Assembly: GCF_009914755.1 (NCBI RefSeq)
Contig: NC_060926.1
DNA from: the human T2T-CHM13v2.0 reference genome, Homo sapiens
Reading direction: 5' to 3' (one strand)
DNA length: 64,000 nucleotides
The number at the start of each line of letters is the position of its first letter. The stretch's first letter is position 1. The notes below the pieces were generated by a model. It ran no database searches and was not told where the DNA came from. It worked only from the letters and a program-made list of their open reading frames with translations. A program made the translations under genes and the position numbers. Below, one piece after another: positions 1 to 14,339 of the stretch.

Positions 1-91
1 CAGGCTGGCCTTGAACTCCTGACCTCAGGTGATCTGCCCACCTCTGCCTCCCAAAGTGCTGGGATTATAGGCGTGACCCACCATGCCTGGC
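1..91 (-). mobile_element. Alu (partial, cut by window edge)
   Basis: ...cctgacctcaggtgatc...aaagtgctgggattatagg... Confidence 0.95.
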
Positions 92-213
92 AATTCCTGT
101 CCAATCTTAAGAGCAACGGCTTTTCATTCTTTCACAGATTCCACAGGAAAAGCCTTGTGGCCTTTAGTTTCAATATGATTACATATCAAGCCTGGAATAA
201 AAATCTTTAAGGC

Positions 214-700
<487 letters not shown>

Positions 701-1142
701 ACAATTTCCATCATTATGGGAACAAACACTCAAGCGTTACCCAGAACAAAAGGTGCTGGAAGATAGAATGCAGACAGCTGATCCGACTTTAGGGGGCGCC
801 CCTCGTGGGACTGGCCTGGGCTCTCTGCCTGTGCCTCTGCCACCAGGGTTGATCTGCACAGTGAACAAATCCTGCCTTCAGCCCCATTCACTCTGTACAC
901 TGAAGGGGTTGGAGCAGATTCCACACGGCAAAGTCGGCCACTTGCACTACCTCATTCCATATCCCCAGCCCCATCGCTAATCACTCAGACTCCCCCCACA
1001 GAGCCTGAGATGAATCCAGACTCTCTGAACACAGTGCCCTGGGTAGCCTTTGGCCGTGAAATTGCAAAGTGCATGGGAGCTAAAGCCATTTGTTATCTCT
1101 AGATCCCATCATCCTTCCAGCCCTCAGATCCTATCTTTATAA

Positions 1143-1509
<367 letters not shown>

Positions 1510-1822
1510 TTGGTCTCCTTTTTAAAGTATAATCATTTCCCAGACCCCCAGCCAAAACCACTTCCTCCCAGCAGCACCCAAAGGAGCTCATTGAGAGGCA
1601 CCTTTTCCTGCTGGGCCACTTCTTCTTGCTCTGACCTGCTAATCTACCCCATCAGTGAGACCACGGGAACCTTCGTCCAGGTTTGCAAACATTCTTCTGA
1701 AGGACGGTGTCCCCTTGGAGGCTCTGAGGATGAGGATTTGTTATTGTGGTTGCTGTTCCCATTGGTGATGGTGGCTAAAAGAAACAGGCAAGCATAGTTT
1801 GTTTCTTTTTTCTTTTCTTTAG

Positions 1823-1963
1823 GCTTCCAGAAGAGCATCTTAAGGCCATCCAAGATTATTTAAGCACTCAGCTCGCCCAGGACTCTGAATTTGTGAAGAC
1901 AGGGTCCAGCAGTCTTCCTCACCTGAAGAAACTGACCACACTGCTCTGCAAGGAGCTCTATGG
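1823..1963 (+). CDS. INPP5D: INPP5D exon 5 (141 nt): LPEEHLKAIQDYLSTQLAQDSEFVKTGSSSLPHLKKLTTLLCKELYG
   Basis: Long pyrimidine tract, tttag|G acceptor, GG|gtaatg donor; phase 2-2. Confidence 0.97.
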
Positions 1964-2594
1964 GTAATGGCTGGCCCACGGGGGCGGGCAGGTGGGGGCG
2001 GCCACCAGGTGAGAGAAACAGCTCATGAGAGCGACCTCTGCCTCTGCCTGGCTGAACAAATGCCTCTGCCGCACTCACAATAATTGAGTGGTGAGCACAG
2101 CTTGGAAATCTCTGTGGTTGTTTGGAGGTCTTGTTATCATGGAATTTGAACAGTAGCTTGTGTGTGCTGCAGCTTTTTACAACTAAAGTTAATTGGAGGC
2201 CAGTTGCTCTGGGAAGCGGATGGGGTGGGAGGACATGGCCAGCCCTTTCTCACTTGCACAGGATCCAGCTCTTAAGATTTTTGCTGCTGCTCTTGCTGTT
2301 TGCTGCAGCCATTACACCTGACAAGCACAGAAAGGCATCAAAAGGAAATAAATTAAAGTTAGTCTATTTTCTGCGTGGGTGGTTATGGCCCAAGATTTCC
2401 AGTGATGTCAATTTTTCAAAGGGAGATGATTCACCAAAACTTTAATTTTCTGATGTCCGATCCATTGAATGACCAACTGGTAAAGGTTCTGATTTCTTTT
2501 AGATTCTTTTGGTTTTACATTTTAAAATTTAATTGATGAAAGTTAATTTCAAGTTAATTACATTTTAATTGTTAAAAGTGCAAAAGTAAGGCTA

Positions 2595-3134
<540 letters not shown>

Positions 3135-4201
3135 TCAAGATTCCTTTGTTGATTTTTCTGGGGCTGTTTCAATCTTAGCTTAGTTAATATGCAGAAAACA
3201 CTCTTTTATCATCAGTAATCAAATTCGACTTTCCTTTTAAAGGCTTTTAAAAGCACGATCAGTACATTCGGTAAATTTAACAAATAATTTCTTTGACAAA
3301 TCAAGCACTCACCAAATTGGCCAGTTGGGCTTAATTTCAATGAATTGGCTTTCAACTAATGCAGCTGTAGCTAATTGGACCTGGAGCTATCATTTTTATA
3401 GATTCCCATGGAGGGATTTTGTTCCATTTGATGCTGTTGTTATGAATCACTTTATCACTAGGGGAAAACACATACAGCACTTTCTTTTTATAAAACACCA
3501 TTTCACAATGGCTGATAACAAGCTCTTAGTTCTGCTTCAGTGGAGATTCTGTTCTTCCCTGCTTCCTTGTGGAGAAAGAAATGTATTTTAAGTCTCTCCA
3601 CGAGGCTTCCCTCAGTCTTCCCCAGACACTTCTGCACATTGTTAGATTTCCCTAACACCTCAACACTACCTGGACTTCCCAGGAGCCAAGTCACCTCATC
3701 ACTATGGCGGTGCCAGCTTCCCCAACTTGTCTTCTTCTCGGGTATGTAGTGCCGATGGAGAGAGCTTCCTTCAGCTTCTAGCTGCTCCATGACTCTATTT
3801 AGAATTAAAGACACCGTCATGCTCTAAATTTCCCTTGCACACTCGTCTTTGCTTTCATCAGTAAGGCGACAGCCAGGCTTGGAGACTTGATCAGCCTTGG
3901 CATTTTAGGAAATTGTAGAAAGGAACAAAATGATGCTTCCCATTTCTCCTGCCAGAATCCCTGCAGATTCTCATCCCTCAAATTGTAAACCCATAATTTT
4001 CAAACTGCTTTGATTAGAATAGGTCTTCATTCATTCGTTCATCGAACAAACATGTATTGGAGGCCTCCTCTGAGCCCTGTTCTGGGTGCTGGGATGTAGC
4101 AACAGACACAATGCACAAGCCTCTTGCTCTTTTAGGCCTTTTTGGATCTAACATCTCAGTGAGGCACACAACAGTAGACTAAGGATCCAGATGAACAAGA
4201 A

Positions 4202-4546
4202 TTTTTTTTTTTTTTTTTTTTTTGAGACAGGATCTCGCTCTGTCACCCAGGCTGGAGTGCCGTGGTGAGATCTCAGCTCACTGCAGCCTCAACCTCCTGG
4301 GCTCAAGTGAGCCTCCCACCTCTCAGCCCCTATCCTTGAGTCCCCCCACTCACTTGCTTCCCCCGAGTCCAATGGAGAAGCTGGGACTACAGGTATGTGC
4401 CACCATACCCAGCTAATTGTTATATTTTTTGTAGAGATGGGGTTTTGCCTTGTTGCCCAGGCTGGTCTCCAATTCCTAGGCTCAAGCAATCTGCCTTCCT
4501 CGGCCCCCCAAAGTGCTGCAATTACAGCATGAGCCACCATGCCCAG
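4202..4546 (-). mobile_element. AluJ with ~45-nt non-Alu insert
   Basis: ctcctgggctcaag AluJ diagnostics; extra sequence at ~4325-4378. Confidence 0.9.
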
Positions 4547-4829
4547 TTCAAACAGTAATTTTAGTAAATGTCATGGTAAGATAAAACACGATGATGTGAG
4601 GAAGAGACATTGGGTGGGAGAGTGCCAGCTTCCTTTGGAGGTGAAGGAGGTGACAGAACTGGGGTCTTGCCACACAGTGATTTGGCAGAGGGACATTAAG
4701 TACAAAGTACAAAGGTCCTGAGGCAGGAATGAAGACAGCCTGCTCAAGGAACAGGAAGTCTGTGTGGCAAGTGAGTGTTAGGAACAGAGGTTGGGGAGAG
4801 GCTGGTGTAACATGTAAAAGCTGGTCAAC

Positions 4830-4998
4830 AAGTAAAAGCACAGGCTGCCCAGAGAGGTGGAATTTTAGGTGAACAGCAACTTCTTTAGTATAAGTATATA
4901 CCATGTAATATTGGGATATACTCATGCTAATAGATTATTCATTGTTTATCTGAAATTCAAATTTCACTGGGTGTCCTGTGTTTTACCTGGTCACTGTA
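4830..4998. mobile_element. MER53 palindromic hAT MITE (copy 1)
   Basis: tttagtataagtat...ttgggatatactcatgcta...gtttatctgaaattcaaatttcactggg. Confidence 0.8.
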
Positions 4999-6507
4999 GG
5001 CAGGAGCCACATCACGCAAGGCTTAAGAGGCCCTATAGAGTTTGTGCAGGGCTGGGCCATGATCTGATTTTCAAGTGGTGGAGGATGCATCCTAGGAGGC
5101 ACTGCCCAAAGCAGGAGACCAGCTGGGAGTGGCTGTGGTTGTCCAAGTGAGACAGGATGGCAGTCCATGAGGAAGGTGGCTAGCAGGGGCAGGGGTCTGT
5201 GTCTGTTTTGCTTCCTGCTGAGTCCCCGGTTATACACAGGCTCTGGCACATGCGGCTCAACAGATATTAGGTAAATGACCCAATGGCTGGGGGCGTGCAG
5301 ATGCTGAGAACTGGTGTGACCTGGGACACGTGTGCATGGCAAAGGTGTCAGATTTGCCGCTTGATTGGATGTGGGGTGAAGGGAAGATGAATCTAGGGTG
5401 ACCCCTGGGTTCCCAGTGTGAGGGGCTGAGTGGATGCTGATGCCAGTTCCTGGGATAGGGAAAGTCAAGGAGGAGGAGGAAGGAGAGGGTGGTGGGAGGA
5501 GAGTTCTGGGCTACATTTGGCTTGAGGGGCCATGAGGCATCTGAGTGGAGTCACCAGCCATGGAGCTAGTGCTAAGAAGCTAGGATGTGGGGGATGCATT
5601 TGGGGAATCATGGGGGATGCATATGGGGAATCACTGAAAGCTGGGGGTAAGGTCACTGCAGGTGAGAGTGTAGACAGAGGAGAATAGAGCCAGGCTCAAG
5701 ATTTAGAGGAGGGATGGAGAAGGAGGAGCTGGGAGGGGGTTGAGAATGGCATCAATGATGTCCAGGTCTATTTGCTTGGACCCAAGTGTGAATGAGAAGG
5801 ACATTGAGCACTGAGGAGTAAGGAGAAGTGCCAGAGCCTCCTCTGCAGAAATGTTGTGACGATGTCCCCGTGCGGGTCTGGCGTGAAGATCTCTTTGCAG
5901 TACAAAGCATCAGGCAAGATTTGCAACCCCAGGTTAGGCTCCCTAGAGCCAGACAGAAACTTTTCCAGAGAGAGAGAATAAGGAACCAGAGACTGGAAAT
6001 ATTTGGTAACTCCTGAAATGGAGACACGGAAAGGATTGCAAGTGGAATTTAAAATAAAAGATCAAAGGTCTGAATATCAATACAATATCTATTACATGAG
6101 AGCAGGGTAAGATTTTTAATAAACAAACCAAAACCAAAAATACTTCATTACCATTATAACTGTTTCATTGGAGGCCATAAAATAAGCCCATAGTTTTCCA
6201 ATCAAATTTCAAAAATTAAATCACAAAACAGAGTAGAGTGTCAGAAACATGTATATCAAAAGCATGAAAAGATTAAGCAAACCTAGAGAGGAAATGTGTG
6301 GTAAAAATGGACAGTCCTTGGAGACAAAGCTCAGAGGTGCTACCTGTAGCTGGCAGGATATGTTCTTGAAGAAGTAGGAAAAAATTGCCAATTAATGTAT
6401 ACAATAAAAAAAAAAATTTCCAGGCTTACAAAAGAGCTAAATCTAAGTTTTGAGAAGCTCCATAATGATCCAAATAATACAACAATCAAACAGCAACACT
6501 GAAACAT

Positions 6508-6804
6508 CTTTTTTTTTTTTTCTTATAAAGAGACAGCATCTCACTCTGTCACTCAGGCTGGAATGCAGTAGTGGGATCATAGCTTATCCATCCTTGAACT
6601 CCTAGGCTCAAGTGATCCTCCTGCCTTTAACTCCGGAGTATCTGTGATTACAGGCATGCACCACCATGCCCAGCTAATTAAACAATTTTTTTTTTCTTAG
6701 AGATGGAGTTTCACTATATTGCCCTGGCTGGTCTCAAACTCCTGGGCTTAAGCCTTGGCTCCCCAGAGCTCTGGAATTACAGTTGTGAGCCACTGTGCCA
6801 AGCC
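6508..6804 (-). mobile_element. AluJ
   Basis: Reverse dimer with AluJ diagnostics. Confidence 0.9.
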
Positions 6805-7510
6805 TAAATCTCTTACAATGTCTCTAAATGACAAGAAAAGATAAATTCAACAAACAGATTGTTACAAACAGTACCATAGCTTTAAAATGGTCGACATTTA
6901 AAATGTTAAATATTTTTAAATATTTAATATTTTAATATTTTATATTTAATATATTTAATATTTAAAAATTCAAACTCCTTGACAGTATAATAAAGATTCT
7001 GAAGCCATGTCTCCAAGAAAAAGGCTACTGACCTGGAAAAGCTAAGCCTAGCTCATTCAAGAGCACAAGTCATCTTTTTCAGAAAGTTCCTAAAAATGTA
7101 CCAATCAAATGCCTTACTCAAAAGGAATCCAAAAATTGTTTTTCAGAAATTTTATAGTCCTGGTGATCTTAAAAACAAGAAGCCTGCAGCTTACTGAGCA
7201 GCAAAATATGAATATACTCAAAGCAGAAAGTGTTCATTCTGTACTCCCATAACACACTGTGATGAAAATAGAAATAAGTCACAAAACTAGCCACAACCAC
7301 CCAATTACCTGTACATTTTAAAATCACCTTCTAAATTACAGCTAATTAAGAAAGAAACTGACACAATAATACATGGGGTAGGTGTGGAGGCACAGAGTGG
7401 AGTAATCAAACCACTGCATATCAGAACACTATGTGATGCAGCCAAAGCACCACTTAGAGGAAAAACCATAGCTTTAAAAGTTCTGCTCTATTATTAAAAA
7501 GTAAATAGAA

Positions 7511-7803
<293 letters not shown>

Positions 7804-8771
7804 GGAAATAGAATAACAAGTCAAATGTACAAACTGAGTCCAGATTGTAAATCTCTTGAAGACATTATGGGTCATGTCCTAATCCCCTTGATGTTTCCAG
7901 GACCCAGCAAAGTACATGAAATGTTGATTTATTCGATATTCATGAACAAAGATCCAATGTGTACCAACTATCTGCAAGGCACTGTTCCAGGAGCTGGAAA
8001 TACAGCAGTGAATAAAACAGAATCTTTAAGAAATCTCTGCTGAGCAACTGAGCAATAACAACAGCCAGAAAGGAGACGAGGAGGACAAGATGGTAAAAAT
8101 AAAAACAGAGATACATCAGGAAAAACTGTCAATTAAGAAAGTTTTAAACATGAGAAATGTCAAAGGAGAATTAATAATCCGCATTAAAGATTTGGAAGTC
8201 ACTAAAGAATAGTGTACAGTTATGTAGCTACAGATCTTCAAGTTATAATTAAATGGAACACATAGTTTACGTAAAATATAAAACATTAAAAGTACCATGA
8301 GTGTCCTTTAAACTTTCAAGGAAAAAATAGTGAGCATAAGGTATAGATTATTCCTGAATGACAAAAAAGTCACCTAATTCTCTCTTCAAGAAAAATATGA
8401 TTTAAATCCAAAAAGCTAATCAAGATAATAGCCTGAAATAAAACTCTCTATCTCTGATTTCACTTATTAATATAAATGCATATTGTTTCAGTAACATCCC
8501 AGCAAATATAATTTAGTGACATGAAAAATGGAGGCTTTATCTAGGAGGTCACTCCAAAGATGAGTCAACAAAAAGAAAGCACTGTAATTTTGCAGTAGAT
8601 TAAAAGATAAACGGAAACCATTTACATAGATAACATTTTAAATTCATCTCTAATTTTTAAAAATCATTTTTAAAAAAAAGGAATAGAAGGATACTTCCTT
8701 AATAATGCAATATGAATCAAAGTAAAACTAATTACAATCGATAGGGAAACATTAAAATCATTCCATTAAAC

Positions 8772-9070
8772 TTTTTTTTTTTTTTTTATGAGATGTGGCG
8801 TCTCCCTCTGTTCCCCAGGCTGGGTGCAGTGGCAGGATCTTGGCTCACTGCAACTTCTGCCTCCTGGGTTCAAGCTATTCTCCTGCCTCAGCCTCCTGAG
8901 TTGCTGGCATTACAGGTGCCCACCACTATGCCCGGCTAATTTTTGTATTTTTAGTAGAGATGAGGTTTCACCACGTTGGCCAGGTTGGTCTTGAACTCCT
9001 GACCTCAGGTGACACCCATCTTGGCCTCCCAGAGTGCTGAGATTACAGGTGTGAGCCACCACACCTGGCC
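8772..9070 (-). mobile_element. AluS
   Basis: Reverse dimer; TSD ccattaaac. Confidence 0.94.
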
Positions 9071-9109
9071 CCATTAAACATTTTAACAAAAGAAAAAGAG
9101 ATACTGCCC

Positions 9110-9156
9110 TTGCACTCCAGCCTGGGCAACAAGAGCGAAACTCCATCACAAAAAAA
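9110..9156 (+). mobile_element. Severely 5'-truncated Alu (3' end only)
   Basis: tgcactccagcctgggcaacaagagcgaaactccatc plus A tract. Confidence 0.85.
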
Positions 9157-9451
9157 TATATATATATGTATATATATATATACACATATATATATGTATA
9201 TATATATACACATATATATGTGTATATATATATATACATATATGTGTATATATATATACACATATATGTGTATATATATACACATATATATGTATATATA
9301 TATACACATATATGTGTATATATATACACATATATATGTATATATATATACACATATATGTGTATATATATACACATATATATGTATATATATATACACA
9401 TATATATATGTGTATATATATATACACATATATACACACACACATACACAT
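9157..9451. repeat. ~295-bp (TA)n/CA/TG alternating microsatellite with ~20-22-nt higher-order unit
   Basis: tatatatacacatatatgtg repeated. Confidence 0.97.
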
Positions 9452-9596
9452 AATATGTTAGTATTTATTATTATGATATAATATTATATTATAATATAAT
9501 GAGATTATATTATATTAATAATGTAATGAGATTATATTATATTAATAATGTAATGAGAAAAAAATACAGCACCTAGATTAAATAAAAAGCAAAGTA

Positions 9597-9846
9597 GGCC
9601 AGGCCTGGTGGCTCACGCCTGTAATCCCAGCACTTTGGGAAGCTGAGGTGGGCGGATCACCTGAGGTCAGGAGTTTGAGACCAGCCTGCAACATGGCGAA
9701 GCCCCGTCTCTACTAAAAATACAAAAATTAGCTGGGCGTGGTGGTGTATGCCTGTAATCCCAGCTACTCAGGAGGCTGAGGCAGGATCACGCCACTGCAC
9801 TCCAGCCTGGGCAACAGAGTAAGACTGTCTTAAAAAAAAAAAAAAA
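9597..9846 (+). mobile_element. AluS with ~40-nt right-arm deletion
   Basis: gaggcagga joined directly to tcacgccactgcac; TSD aaaaagcaaag. Confidence 0.92.
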
Positions 9847-10241
9847 GCAAAGCAATATGTAAAGTTTATAACACTATATAAAAATATGAACAAAATTCCC
9901 AACAGAAAATTGGCAAGGGAGAAAAAACCAAAAAGTTTATACAAAGAGAAATGAGAGAAATGCAGTAGCCATTAACTAGAAATCAGCAATAGAAAAACAA
10001 TGACATTAGAAATTAAAGATATGCAAATTTATTCATCCATATTGAAGTGCAATGTTATGTCCCTTAAAAGAGAGAGAAAGAACAGAAGTACAGTCATTGG
10101 AGCTATTGGGTAATCAGGTCTGGACAATATAATCAGTACTCACAGGTTTGGCAATAATGATCAAGAGCCGCAATCTCTGGTTATCCTAATTCTGTAATTA
10201 AAAATTAGAAAAGCTATATGAACAAAGTTGTTCAGAGCAGG

Positions 10242-10569
<328 letters not shown>

Positions 10570-10749
10570 CAGAGCAGCCTTTATTCATATAACAAAGATC
10601 TCAGAGTAACCCAAATATCTAGCAATCGATTTCAGCACATTTACTCAATAGACTATTTTCAAATCATTAGAATGTTAAATATGTAAAAACATGAACAGTT
10701 TTTGATGAAACAATAAGTGAAAAGTAGAACTCAAAATTGTCTGCCCCAC

Positions 10750-10978
10750 TATGTTAAAACAATAGAGAAAGATGAGCTGGGAACAAAGAGCGCATAAAGC
10801 CCGAGGATTGGAGTTGTCAATGGATGTGACAATGGGAAAATCCGTCTGAGCCTGCATTTGGGCTGCTAGGAGGGGATTTGCATCAGAATCCACAGATCAC
10901 CAGCACTGGGCAGCCCTAATATTTAAAATGCAGATTCTAGACTCAATCAGGCGGGAGCCCAGAAATTTGCATTGTTAA

Positions 10979-11024
<46 letters not shown>

Positions 11025-11331
11025 ATAAACACAGAAGGTTGGGAACCATGGATAACTAAGTGAAGTCATTTTGTCACTCAGATTTGAATTTTCTACAGGC
11101 TATAGAGTGCAGTTTGGCTAAAGCAAAACCTAGGTACAGTCAGGACTACACAATTCCAGTTCGCTGTGGGTTGGGAAGGGATGGGTGGGCCAGTGCTGGC
11201 AAGCCTTGATCTTTGCCCGGGCTTGTCCTTCTGGGGAGAATTACCTGCTTCTGCTGGACTGAGGGTGCCCTCATCTCTGGCTAGAGCCCGTGCTGCCATG
11301 GAAGACTCTTTCCGGTGCCCACTAATCCTTG
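10750..11331 (+). promoter_or_regulatory. Internal (s-SHIP) promoter region at the 3' end of intron 5
   Basis: Lies directly upstream of the SIP-110 ATG. Two perfect octamers ATTTGCAT (10876-10883, 10965-10972) and Sox-type ACAATG (10829) and CATTGTT (10970). An intron-5 promoter is established for s-SHIP; its extent here is inferred. Confidence 0.65.
10881..11051. mobile_element. MER5A-like hAT fossil containing (TG)n at 10983-11020
   Basis: catcagaatc...aaaatgcagattc...gcccagaaatttgcattgttaaca...ggttgggaacca. Confidence 0.65.
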
Positions 11332-11357
11332 ATGTTCACCTTGTCCCCTGCCCCCAG
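11332..11357 (+). CDS. INPP5D: Alternative N-terminus MFTLSPAPR of the SH2-less s-SHIP/SIP-110 isoform, encoded at the 3' end of intron 5
   Basis: ATG at 11332 reads ATG TTC ACC TTG TCC CCT GCC CCC AGA in frame into exon 6 (GAA GTC ATC); matches the recalled SIP-110 N-terminus. Confidence 0.85.
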
Positions 11358-11445
11358 AGAAGTCATCCGGACCCTCCCATCCCTGGAGTCTCTGCAGAGG
11401 TTATTTGACCAGCAGCTCTCCCCGGGCCTCCGTCCACGTCCTCAG
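11358..11445 (+). CDS. INPP5D: INPP5D exon 6 (88 nt): EVIRTLPSLESLQRLFDQQLSPGLRPRPQ
   Basis: ccccag|A acceptor, CAG|gtaaag donor; continues the exon 5 frame. Confidence 0.97.
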
Positions 11446-12029
11446 GTAAAGGGTCTTGGGGTTGAAAAGGTGAGATTAATACCCCAGGGAGGAGGATTGA
11501 GTTAGCCAGTCCTGAGGGCTCAGGAGGAAGAGGGGAGCACTGCCCATTGTGTGTTCACTGGGCAACAGCAAGCAGGTACGCATGGGTTGGGGGTGGGAGC
11601 CTCAGCCCCTGCCCTTTCCAGGAAGCCATCTCCCACTGCCAGATTTTGATTTGAGGAATAAAGATTTCAAATTATGCACTCATCAGCAAAACTTATTTGT
11701 GCCAAATAAGGGGGTAAGCAGGGCCTGTTCCCATCATTTCTTATCAGAAACTGAAAGGAAAGAAAAAGAGGAGATGCCTAAACTCTTGATCCTGCCTCTT
11801 GTCCCAGGAGGAGCAGGATGAAGGTGCCCCCCAACCCCCGCACCTGCTCATGGCCTGGCAGGAGGCCAAGGTCGTGTTGCCCATTAAGCAAATGTCTGTG
11901 TAACAAAAGGTGTCATCAATAAAGTTTTAACAAGTTTTTTAAAAAAGCAAAAGCTGTATCTCAGAAGAAAATACCTGCAACAAAGCTTAGGGACAAAGGA
12001 TTACAGACGAAGTATTCATGTTTATATTA

Positions 12030-12349
12030 TTATTTTTATTTGAGACATGGTCTTGCTTTGTCGCCCAGGCTGGCGTGCAGTGGCACAATCACAGCTCACT
12101 GCATCCTCAAACATCGGGGCTCAAGCGATCCACCCCACCTGAGCCTCCCATGTATTAAAACTGCAATACTTTTGCACCAGCTAATAGCTGGGGATTACAG
12201 GTGCATGCCACCATGCCAGTCTCCTTTTAAAATTTTTTGTAGAGACAGATCTCACTGTGTTGCCCAGGTTGGTTTCAAACTTCTGGCCATCTTCCTGCCC
12301 CAGCCTTCTGAAGTGCTGGGATTACAGGTGGGAGCCACCATGCCTGGCC
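12030..12349 (-). mobile_element. AluJ interrupted by a MADE1 half
   Basis: Reverse dimer with a 30-nt insert at 12155-12184. Confidence 0.88.
12155..12184. mobile_element. MADE1/Hsmar1 solo terminal inverted repeat
   Basis: aaaactgcaatacttttgcaccagctaa versus recalled MADE1 arm AAAACCGCAATTACTTTTGCACCAACCTAA; TA on both sides. Confidence 0.8.
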
Positions 12350-13450
<1,101 letters not shown>

Positions 13451-13849
13451 AGAAAAAAAAATTTTTGCTTTCTCTGAAGTGAATGATGGGTTAATTTCTA
13501 AGAAAGTAAAAGCAAATCTAGATAAAACAGGGGCTCTGCCCGACACTTGAACTTAAGTAGTTTGAGTGGAAGAACACACAGTCAAGTCTTTGAAGTAGAT
13601 TAGAAGCGAGAAAAAGCCTCGTGAGAGAGGCCAGCTGCAGTCCCAGTTACGGTGCTGCCTGGTGGAGGCCAGTCTCTGCATTTGGTGGCAGGACAGAGCA
13701 GCCACCCAGTGGAGGGTGGGTCATGCTGCCACACTCCCCTCCCCTTTATGAGACCCTGAGTCTTGAAGAAAAACAGAAAAGGTTGTTCTTGATTTGTCTT
13801 TAGGAATTCAGAAATCAAGAGGGAGTTGAGGCTGCCTTGAGGAGAGGAA

Positions 13850-14020
13850 AGAACGTTGGTCCATGGATCAGAAACACCTGAGTTCAAATTCTGATTCACC
13901 CTCCTGGATCTTTAGTCTCCCCATCTGTGAAATGGGGACAGTAATATCTCTGCAGGGTTTGGTTAAGGAGTGAGTGAAACTGGGTGCGTGAGACGTCTGA
14001 CCCTGCTAGACTCTCACCAA
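13850..14020 (+). mobile_element. MIR fragment
   Basis: acctgagttcaaattctg...ccatctgtgaaatggggacagtaata. Confidence 0.7.
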
Positions 14021-14339
14021 CATGAGGCCCTTTCCCTTAAGTAGGCAAGACAAGCTGGGGACACCCAAACCCCTGTGTGGTTACTTGAGGACTGCTGGGA
14101 AGTGTGAAATGCAATGTTATCAAAATGCTGGCTGGCCTGGGGGATGGGGGAGACCTGGGTCCACCCTGTGTGAGAAAGGAGAGCCGGTAACCTCCCTTGG
14201 ATGGTTAACCTGCCTTGGCGCCCACTTCCTTTTTTTTTGAAAAGTGCAACTGAAAAGCAAAGTGAAAAAACTGGGTCAGCTGATGTAAACCCTCAGGTAG
14301 CAGTCAGACCAGTCTACCCTTTAACAGGCTAAGCTGTGA

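Larger units (their letters stand above)
4020..5900 (-). mobile_element. Degenerate L2 fragments interrupted by Alu and MER53
   Basis: cattcattcgttcatc...ctgttctgggtgctggg 3' end followed by purine-rich L2-type sequence. Confidence 0.6.

Noticed and set aside
6895-6970. Short AT-rich imperfect palindrome
   Set aside because: Low-complexity A/T sequence in which inverted matches are expected by chance
8910-9481. Tyr/Ile-rich ORFs on both strands
   Set aside because: Translations of the (TA)n microsatellite
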